Source of the DNA: Thermofilaceae archaeon
GTDB lineage: Archaea; Thermoproteota; Thermoprotei; Thermofilales; Thermofilaceae
Assembly (NCBI GenBank): GCA_038731975.1
Contig: JAVYQJ010000002.1
Location: 74,986 to 138,985, forward strand
Reading direction: 5' to 3'
Length of the DNA stretch: 64,000 nt
In this document: positions 57,182 through 64,000 of the stretch, piece after piece
Layout: every line of letters starts with the position of its first letter
Numbering within the stretch: position 1 is the stretch's first letter
Translations under genes and position numbers: made by a program
The notes under the pieces: generated by a model
The model's database searches: none
What the model was told of the DNA's origin: nothing
The model's input: only the letters and a program-made list of their open reading frames with translations

Positions 57182-58194
57182 CAGAACTCCCTTACGGCTA
57201 CAAACTCAGCGAGCTCCTTGAGCAGTCTCTTTCCATCGTTTTCGGGAAGCCGTTCTAAGGCTTTCTTTGCCGCGTTAGCATACGATCTTCTCATTTCCTC
57301 AGCCCTCTTCTTGGAGTTGGTCGACGATATCAACTCGATCGCCCTCTGCACGTCCTCTGCAGAGGTGGAGTCACGCTTTAGTATCGAAAGAAGCTCTTCT
57401 CTACCCCTCTCGGAGAGCTCCTCCAGCGCGAGAAGCACCACGATGTTGCCCAGCTTATGCTCTTCAATATCCTTTCCCACCTTCTTTCCTGTTGTTTCCT
57501 CGCGTCCGAAAATATCGATTATATCATCTCCGATTTGAAAGGCTAGACCCAGGTTTCTACCATAATCCCCTAACGCCTCTACAAGCGGCCGTGGAGCGCG
57601 TCCCGAAAGAGCTCCGAAAACGCAGGCCGTTTCGATGAGCGCGCCCGTCTTCTTGTAAACCATGTCGAGGTAATCTTTCACGGATACCGCGGTCCTCCTT
57701 CTCTCAAGAACGTAAGGTTCGTCCCTTCTCCCAGCCTGCTCGAAAAGCACGTCTAGGCGCTCCCCCTCGACCAACAGCTTCAAGGTTCTGGCCATTATCT
57801 CATTGAAGAGCCTGGGATCGCTAGCATCGTTGAGTGCTTGACTTATCGACTCCCTATAGTGAACAGCCACGAGGATTGCGGTTGTAAGACCGTACTTCTT
57901 CCACAGAGTTGGCTGCCCCCTTCTCAGCTCGCTGTGGTCGATTATATCGTCGAAAATTAGCGAGTAGTTATGGGCTAGCTCGACAGCTACAGCAGCGGGT
58001 ATTGCTTCGTCAACCCCCCCACCCACTGCTAACGATGAAGCTATCGTTAAAGCCGGTCTCAACCTCTTTCCTCCGGTTTTAATTGGGTAGAGGACCGCTT
58101 CGCGAAAGTCCTCATCGGTGTCCCTCAACAGGTAATCCTCGAGAGCCGCTTCGATGATGCTACCCAATTTCAGCAGATCCTCGAGCACTGCCAT
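57181..58194 (-). CDS. Polyprenyl (geranylgeranyl) diphosphate synthase
   Basis: First Asp-rich motif FDDIIDHSELRRG and second FQIGDDIIDI. Confidence 0.9.
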   Translation of the reverse strand: MAVLEDLLKLGSIIEAALEDYLLRDTDEDFREAVLYPIKTGGKRLRPALTIASSLAVGGGVDEAIPAAVAVELAHNYSLIFDDIIDHSELRRGQPTLWKKYGLTTAILVAVHYRESISQALNDASDPRLFNEIMARTLKLLVEGERLDVLFEQAGRRDEPYVLERRRTAVSVKDYLDMVYKKTGALIETACVFGALSGRAPRPLVEALGDYGRNLGLAFQIGDDIIDIFGREETTGKKVGKDIEEHKLGNIVVLLALEELSERGREELLSILKRDSTSAEDVQRAIELISSTNSKKRAEEMRRSYANAAKKALERLPENDGKRLLKELAEFVAVREF

Positions 58195-58312
58195 AGCCGC
58201 CCGAAAACGGCTTTCCCTAAAACTTTAACGTCTTGCTGCACAATCAGTTCGGATAAACCCGCTCGACAAAACAATGGAGAGTTGGCGTTGTGCCTAACGC
58301 ATGTGACCGTTT

Positions 58313-59221
58313 ATGGAAAATACCGTCAACGAGTTTTTAAACCAGTCAACTACTTTTCGCGCTGTGAGGAGGAGCTTCATCAAAGCGCTTATGGTAGCAT
58401 TATCAAGTGTCTTACTGGGAGGAGCTGGCGGCTGGCTTTTGCACGCTTCTGGAGTTTCAGAGGAGCTTGAAGGACCCTTCGTTAGAGAGGAGGGGGCGGG
58501 CGCCGCTTTGTTCAACGCAGCGATGTTCGTAGCTATGCTCTTGCTCGGTGCGCTACTACTGCTCGCTCTACTTCGTTTCAGAGTATCGGCTTTGAAACTT
58601 CTCGGGTATTCCGCATTCGCCCTCGCCGCTTTCACCGTAGGCGAAATCTACCTAGCGGCGTTGAATTTCGAACCAACATATGCTACAATGCTCTCAGCAG
58701 CTTTCACGGTACTCACAATCATCCTTATCGTTTTTCAGCCAATGGCGATTTACACGGTATCGATCCAGGTTCTCGTTGGCGCCCTTGTCGGAGCTATGAT
58801 AGCCGCGATGGTGCCACCACTAAGCATGTTAACTATGCTCGCAGCAGCCGCGCTCTACGACTTGTACTCAGTATACCGTGGTCCGCTTAAACGAATTATC
58901 CAGAGGGTTTCCGGTGAGCATCAGGACGCGGGGGAACAACGGCGCTCTATACTGACACCATTCGCTGTAAACGTTGGAGGTCTAGCGCTTGGAATGGGGG
59001 ATGTAATACTGTATAGTTCGCTCAGTTCCGTCGCTCTCTTAACCCCTACCCTCGACTACTGCAGGCTGGTCGTGATCGCAGCTGCTGTGCTCATAGGGCT
59101 CTTTTTGACACTAAAAATCGTTGAGAAGAAAGGCTATGCACCAGCCTTACCCCTCCCCGTCCTCCTCTCGATCGCCTCATTCTTACTCTACAACTACGTG
59201 CTCTTCGGCTCTGCAATCTGA
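58313..59221 (+). CDS. Presenilin/signal-peptide-peptidase-type intramembrane aspartyl protease (A22)
   Basis: Polytopic protein with LYD (AAALYDLYSVY), GxGD (LALGMGDVILY) and PAL (GYAPALPLP) in the canonical order. Confidence 0.75.
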   Translation: MENTVNEFLNQSTTFRAVRRSFIKALMVALSSVLLGGAGGWLLHASGVSEELEGPFVREEGAGAALFNAAMFVAMLLLGALLLLALLRFRVSALKLLGYSAFALAAFTVGEIYLAALNFEPTYATMLSAAFTVLTIILIVFQPMAIYTVSIQVLVGALVGAMIAAMVPPLSMLTMLAAAALYDLYSVYRGPLKRIIQRVSGEHQDAGEQRRSILTPFAVNVGGLALGMGDVILYSSLSSVALLTPTLDYCRLVVIAAAVLIGLFLTLKIVEKKGYAPALPLPVLLSIASFLLYNYVLFGSAI

Positions 59222-59313
59222 TAGCACTGCCAGAGCTAAGCGGGGTCAGGCCGCCCATCGAGCCACACAGGATAGGCCACCAACGCGGTCGTCATCCCCC
59301 ACTGCTGAGTCAT

Positions 59314-59556
59314 TTAGGCTGATATCAATGTTATGCTCCTCTCCACTCCCGGTATCCTTCGTATGAACATCACTGTTTTCTCGAGCTCGGCTAAATCGGC
59401 AACCTCTAACCTGGCTATAATATCGTATTCACCGTAAACTATGTGAGCCTCGCCCACAGCATTCATTTCTAAAAGTTTCCTTAAAACCTCATATTCCTTA
59501 CCAGCCTCAACGACTAGAATCACATAAGCTGTAATTTTTATTTCTTCTGAAGCCAT
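59314..59556 (-). CDS. Stand-alone Lrp/AsnC ligand-binding (RAM) domain protein
   Basis: 80 aa with ITAYVILVVEAG...AHIVYGEYDIIARLEV...IPGVERSITLI, a beta-alpha-beta-beta-alpha-beta pattern and no HTH. Confidence 0.7.
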   Translation of the reverse strand: MASEEIKITAYVILVVEAGKEYEVLRKLLEMNAVGEAHIVYGEYDIIARLEVADLAELEKTVMFIRRIPGVERSITLISA

Positions 59557-59639
59557 ACGTGCTCACTTAAAGCCGGCTTTAAATGTCCTTCGCGTAGAGC
59601 GCGGTGCGGCTAAACAGATATAAGATCGGGCTCCGAGCG

Positions 59640-60080
59640 ATGAACGTGAGTGAGGAGGTAATCTATGAGGGATACCGTTTCCCTCGAAACCTCAAGTACA
59701 GCGAGTTCCATGCGTGGGTAAAAGTCGTAGGTGAAAGGAGGGTTAGGATTGGAGTAACCGACTTCGCTCAGAAGAAGATTCGTGTCGTGGTCTTCGTCGA
59801 TATGCCCAATGTAGGTTTGAGAGTAAAGCGAGGCGATGTTCTAGTAACGCTGGAGTCCATAAAGGCGGTCAGCGAGGTTCTATCTCCGGTTAGCGGTAAA
59901 GTGGTATCATGCAACGAGAGGCTTGATGACGACCCGAGCTTGATAAATAAGGACCCCTACGGCGAAGGCTGGATAGCTGAAGTTGAAATCGAAGAGCCGG
60001 GGGATTTCGAAAGACTTCTATCGGCAGAAGAATATTTAGAAAGAGTTGTGAAGGCTAGCTTGGGCGAAGCAAAACTTTGA
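59640..60080 (+). CDS. gcvH: Glycine cleavage system H-like lipoyl carrier protein
   Basis: YSEFHAWVK...GVTDFAQ...LESIKAVSEVLSPVSGKV (lipoyl-Lys motif). The ATG at 59640 is preferred. Confidence 0.85.
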   Translation: MNVSEEVIYEGYRFPRNLKYSEFHAWVKVVGERRVRIGVTDFAQKKIRVVVFVDMPNVGLRVKRGDVLVTLESIKAVSEVLSPVSGKVVSCNERLDDDPSLINKDPYGEGWIAEVEIEEPGDFERLLSAEEYLERVVKASLGEAKL

Positions 60081-62190
60081 CATCGATAGCTAGACCTCCC
60101 TTACCCTTCTCATAAACGAAGAATGGATTTATGTCGATGTCACTGATTTCGGGTATATCCATCGCCAGCTGGGAAACTCTCAGCAGCGTGTCTATAACTG
60201 CGTTAACGTCCAGCTCTGCCTGTCCGCGGAAACCCGACATCATCATGTACGCTTTCGTCTTCTTTACCATTTCTTCAGCATCCTCGAGGGATACCGGAGC
60301 AACCCTGAACACGACGTCTTTCATGAGTTCTACCAGCACGCCTCCACTCCCGAATGCGATAACCGGGCCGAAGAATGGATCCCTGTGCATGCCAACAAGA
60401 ACCTCTAATCCACGCGGAGCCATTCTTCTAACTACGATCCCCTTCACCTCCGCGTGAGGCGCTTTCTCTTTCACATTCGCCATGATAGTCCTATACCCCT
60501 TCGCAACTTCCTCTGGGCTCTTCAAATCTAACAAGATTCCTCCGACCTCTGTCTTGTGGATTATCTGCGGGGATTCTACCTCGAGAACAACGGGGTACCC
60601 TATCTCCTCCGCCACTCTGACTGCTTCTTCCTCGCTCGTTGTTAGGCGCTTCTCGAGCACGGGGATTCCGTAGCACTTGACCAGCTGTGCAGCTTCATAG
60701 GGGGTTAATGCGTTTCTTCCCTCGGCTAGGGCTTTTTCCACGATGCTTCTAGCACCCGCCCGATCTACACGAAGCGTAGGGTACGTCTTCCCCTTCAGCA
60801 GCCTTTCCCGTAACCTCTTATACTTGTAGACGGCCCCCATGGCTGCTACAGCCTTCTCCGGGGACTCGTAGGCGGGAACACCCTCGCTCGTAAGGCGCTC
60901 GATCTCCCTAAGGCACTCCTCACCGCCGATTAAGCTTACGATGATCGGTTTTGAAGATCCGGCCTCCCTTTTGGCTTCAAGTATCGCGTCAGCTATAGCC
61001 TTCGGGTTAGTCACTGCCGTATGGCAGTAGAGAACTATAACGGCGTGAACTCTCTCATCCTTCAACGCCTCAAGTATCGCTCCTTTGTACCACTCCTCCG
61101 TCGCCATCCCCGTTAGATCGATAGGATTGAAGACGCTGCCAAAGGGGGGCATGTATTTCCTAAACTTTTCCGCCAGGTCCGGGGGGATGTCCATCAGTTT
61201 GACATCGTATTGCTCCGCCGCATCAGTAGCCATGACGCCAGCCCCTCCCCCGTTCGTAATGATCACGACGTTTTCACCGAGGGGAAGGGGAACCTGGGCC
61301 AGCGCTACAGCCCAGTCGAAGAGCTCTATGAAAGTTGGCACTCTGATGACGCCGCTTTGCTCCAGTGCAGCATCAACGACGGCATCTGCTCCTGCCAGCG
61401 AGCCCGTATGGGACATTATGGCGCTCAAAGCCCTCTCTCCCCTTCCGACCTTGAGGACCAGGATCGGCTTCACCGGAGCGATCTTCGATGCCACCTCCAT
61501 GAACCTCCTTCCACTCTCTATACCCTCCAAGTATGCGGTTATCACCTTGGTGTGAGGATCGCGACCAAAGAACTCTATGAAGTCCACCTCGTTTAAATCG
61601 GCCTTGTTACCCAGGCTAACGAGAGCCGAAAGTCCCACGCCCTTTAACGCCGTCCAGCCCACGAGGGCTATGCTTAGAGCGCCACTCTGTGAGATGAAAG
61701 CGATGCTGCCCCTTATCGGGGCTCCTTGACAGAAGCTGGCGTTGATGGGCGTTATGCTGTCACACACGCCGACGATGTTGGGTCCGAGGATTCGGATTCC
61801 GTGTTTCCTTGCTGTTTCGACGAGTTGTTTCTCGAGCTCGATGTTCCCCACCTCCTTGAATCCGCTGGAGATGACGGCTACCGCTTTCACACCCTTCCTC
61901 CCGCACTCCTCGACCACCTGGGGTACGAGCTTCGCCGGCACAGTAACCACAGCGAGGTCGACAGGCTCCGGGACATCCAGGATACTCGGGTAACACTTCA
62001 CACCCAGAATCTCCGAAGCATTAGGATTCACCGCGTAAACCCGACCCCGGAAACCGGAGGAAAGGATGTTCTTGAGCACCTGGTACCCTATTTTCGAGGG
62101 GTCTCTGGAAGCTCCTATGACAGCTACGCTTTGCGGCCTGAGCAATTTTAGCACGCCATCATCTACTCCATTCATCGTCAGGTCTCTCAC
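60055..62190 (-). CDS. acd: ADP-forming acetyl-CoA synthetase (fused alpha-beta)
   Basis: N-terminal CoA-binding LLRPQSVAVIGASRDPSKIG, succinyl-CoA-synthetase-like ligase domains, and a C-terminal ATP-grasp region. 711 aa. Confidence 0.9.
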   Translation of the reverse strand: MRDLTMNGVDDGVLKLLRPQSVAVIGASRDPSKIGYQVLKNILSSGFRGRVYAVNPNASEILGVKCYPSILDVPEPVDLAVVTVPAKLVPQVVEECGRKGVKAVAVISSGFKEVGNIELEKQLVETARKHGIRILGPNIVGVCDSITPINASFCQGAPIRGSIAFISQSGALSIALVGWTALKGVGLSALVSLGNKADLNEVDFIEFFGRDPHTKVITAYLEGIESGRRFMEVASKIAPVKPILVLKVGRGERALSAIMSHTGSLAGADAVVDAALEQSGVIRVPTFIELFDWAVALAQVPLPLGENVVIITNGGGAGVMATDAAEQYDVKLMDIPPDLAEKFRKYMPPFGSVFNPIDLTGMATEEWYKGAILEALKDERVHAVIVLYCHTAVTNPKAIADAILEAKREAGSSKPIIVSLIGGEECLREIERLTSEGVPAYESPEKAVAAMGAVYKYKRLRERLLKGKTYPTLRVDRAGARSIVEKALAEGRNALTPYEAAQLVKCYGIPVLEKRLTTSEEEAVRVAEEIGYPVVLEVESPQIIHKTEVGGILLDLKSPEEVAKGYRTIMANVKEKAPHAEVKGIVVRRMAPRGLEVLVGMHRDPFFGPVIAFGSGGVLVELMKDVVFRVAPVSLEDAEEMVKKTKAYMMMSGFRGQAELDVNAVIDTLLRVSQLAMDIPEISDIDINPFFVYEKGKGGLAIDVKVLLRPS

Positions 62191-62270
62191 CGGTTTGTTT
62201 AAAGCCTTTAGGTTAGTAGGTCTGGGCTATAGAGAGTTAGTTTACGGCACTCGTCTAATTAACTGCTTTT

Positions 62271-63647
62271 ATGAGATGCTTCACTAAGCAACCTGTGCGC
62301 GTAGCAGTGATCGGTTACGGTGCGGCAGGAACAGCGTCAGCTCGCTACGCCCTCTCAACGAACAGGCAGTGTACAGTCATCGTTTTCGAGAAGCGAAGGC
62401 ATGCGATTTATCACCCATGCTCGCTTCCCAGCGTAATAGCCGGTGAGATAACGCTGGATAGGATAATTGAAGAAGCACCTGTTACACCCCGTCTAACACT
62501 AAGCACGTCAACGGTAGTGGAGGACATCGATGTCGAAGGACGCAGAATTCGCGCCCGAGATCTTCGGAGAGGATGCGTAGTGAATGCAGAGTATGACGCG
62601 CTCGTATTGGCGACGGGTTCCAAACCATACATCCCCAGTAACCTTAGGATAGAAGATAGTAGTGGTGTCTTTACCCTCAAAACTCTTGAGGATGTTAACC
62701 AAGCGTTAGCCGCTATCAGCAAGTATGATGATTCTGTTGTTATTGGGGGCAGCATTCTCGGCGTCGAGGTTGCACATGCTCTGGTGCAGCGTGGCAAGCG
62801 AGTCACTTTGATCGAAAAAGAGTTGCAGCTTCTACCGGGCAGGCTCGATAAGGAGATTGCCGAGCATGTAAGCAAGCAACTCGCGGGAGAGGGTGTCGAC
62901 GTGCTACTGGGCGAAGCAGCTGTGGAAGTGAGAGGCGATCTAGGGGACGTTACTGTCGTGACAAGCTCAGGGCGGGTCCTTAAGGCCGGGTTCGCTATCA
63001 TTGCCACTGGTGTGAAGCCCGATACTCAACTCGCGAAGCAGATTGGACTCGAGCTAGGAATGACAGGCGGAGTTAAGGTAGATGAAACGATGAAGACGAG
63101 TAAAGATTCAGTTTACGCGGCGGGAGATCTCGTTGAAGTCAGGAACATCTTAACTGGAAAGCCTACACTCAGCCTCTTCGCTAGCACCGCTTTCCTTACT
63201 GGCCGCGTAGCAGGCATCAACGCTGCCGGGGGTGAGGCAAGGTTCCCTGGGACCCTGCAGAGCTGGGTTGCCCACATAGGAGCCTTTAAGCTGGGAGCAG
63301 TAGGCTTAAGCGAGGCGGAGGCTGAGAGGGAAGACTTGGAGCCAATCTCCTCAACATTAACCCTCCTGAACAGGCCACCGTTTCACACAGGAGCAAAGGC
63401 GGTAACGGTGAAGCTGATCGCTAGTAGGCTAGACGGTAGGATTCTAGGGTTGCAGGCCGTCGGTGAGGGAAACGTGCTCGAGCTACTTAACGTCGCAGCG
63501 CTCGCCATTGCTAGGGGCACAACGATAGAAGAGCTCTGGAGTTTCGAGCACGCCTACACGCCGACGCTAAACGACGTGGTACACCCGCTTCACGCAGCTG
63601 CGGAAGCGTTGGAGAAAAGGTTGGGCAGACGCGCTATCTCGCGCTAG
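62271..63647 (+). CDS. FAD-dependent pyridine nucleotide-disulfide oxidoreductase (NADH oxidase / CoA-disulfide reductase family)
   Basis: VAVIGYGAAGTASA dinucleotide fold, single redox Cys in YHPCSLP, second Rossmann motif VVIGGSILGVEVA, and AAGD. Confidence 0.8.
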   Translation: MRCFTKQPVRVAVIGYGAAGTASARYALSTNRQCTVIVFEKRRHAIYHPCSLPSVIAGEITLDRIIEEAPVTPRLTLSTSTVVEDIDVEGRRIRARDLRRGCVVNAEYDALVLATGSKPYIPSNLRIEDSSGVFTLKTLEDVNQALAAISKYDDSVVIGGSILGVEVAHALVQRGKRVTLIEKELQLLPGRLDKEIAEHVSKQLAGEGVDVLLGEAAVEVRGDLGDVTVVTSSGRVLKAGFAIIATGVKPDTQLAKQIGLELGMTGGVKVDETMKTSKDSVYAAGDLVEVRNILTGKPTLSLFASTAFLTGRVAGINAAGGEARFPGTLQSWVAHIGAFKLGAVGLSEAEAEREDLEPISSTLTLLNRPPFHTGAKAVTVKLIASRLDGRILGLQAVGEGNVLELLNVAALAIARGTTIEELWSFEHAYTPTLNDVVHPLHAAAEALEKRLGRRAISR

Positions 63648-63973
63648 CGAAGCTCTAGACATTCAAGCTCGGTGATGAAGAAGCCTTTGTTCAAGTTGAG
63701 GAGGAGCCAGGCCCTTAGTTCCTCACCCTCCTCCTGATTCAGCTTCAGCACAACCCGCTCACCGCGAATCTCCATTGAGAGAGGCCTTAGGTTCTTCAAG
63801 TGCTTCCCTACGACCCTTGCGAAAATTGACCTGTGGAAGTTGAAGGTTATCGAGCCCCTTTCCCTTACTACGAGCACCTCCTCCTCCATGAGGTCAGCAT
63901 CTCTCCACTCCACAACCAGCATAATGGGTGCTAGTTGAAAATGGTAACGTTTTTCTAAACAGTTCACGGCCAA
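63644..63973 (-). CDS. Hypothetical protein (109 aa)
   Basis: Clean ORF whose 3' end overlaps the convergent gene by 4 nt. No recognisable motif. Confidence 0.4.
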   Translation of the reverse strand: MAVNCLEKRYHFQLAPIMLVVEWRDADLMEEEVLVVRERGSITFNFHRSIFARVVGKHLKNLRPLSMEIRGERVVLKLNQEEGEELRAWLLLNLNKGFFITELECLELR

Positions 63974-64000
63974 GAGGATGATGGACTGGTCAGCCTATAA

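Noticed and set aside
1-64000. CRISPR arrays, IS elements, integrases, prophage or plasmid genes, rRNA genes
   Set aside because: Reading both strands I found no regularly spaced direct repeats, no transposase, integrase or cas-like ORFs, and no rRNA-like sequence. The only tandem repeats are the 66-nt duplication at 9914-10045 and the polypurine tract at 5108-5215.

Overview
Dense, visibly GC-rich archaeal chromosomal segment. Gene content points to a crenarchaeote of the Thermoproteales, probably Thermofilum-like. The supporting traits are intron-containing tRNAs, a short XPF, Orc1/Cdc6, a presenilin homologue, and many apparently leaderless genes with an A/T box about 26 nt upstream. About 58 protein genes lie on both strands with almost no spacer, and all nine convergent gene pairs listed in the findings overlap at their 3' ends. 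Most genes are housekeeping: proS, ileS, cysS, pyrG, pyrK-pyrC-pyrD, prs, hypF, thiI, sufC-sufBD, rnhB, lhr, isoprenoid genes, ADP-forming acetyl-CoA synthetase and gcvH. I found no rRNA, CRISPR array, transposase or integrase. The non-coding content is three tRNA genes, all interrupted, and two C/D-box sRNA candidates, each with its own TATA box. The best-supported unusual item is a circularly permuted tRNA-Tyr(GUA) gene at 6266-6449 with a textbook bulge-helix-bulge junction and two further introns. Other items worth follow-up: a 44-codon poly-Glu/Trp micro-ORF behind an extremely AT-rich spacer; a 1792-aa fusion of an extracellular GH2 glycosidase to an FtsX/MacB-type permease with no ATPase nearby; a membrane-anchor plus coiled-coil gene trio beside orc1/cdc6; a pyrD whose conserved N-terminus has no canonical start codon; and divergent gene pairs sharing one central A/T box, one of which is a perfect 24-bp palindrome. 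I did not find a clear new defence-type or mobile system. The least ordinary stretch is the proS to tRNA-Tyr interval (869-6117), and its function cannot be assigned from sequence alone.
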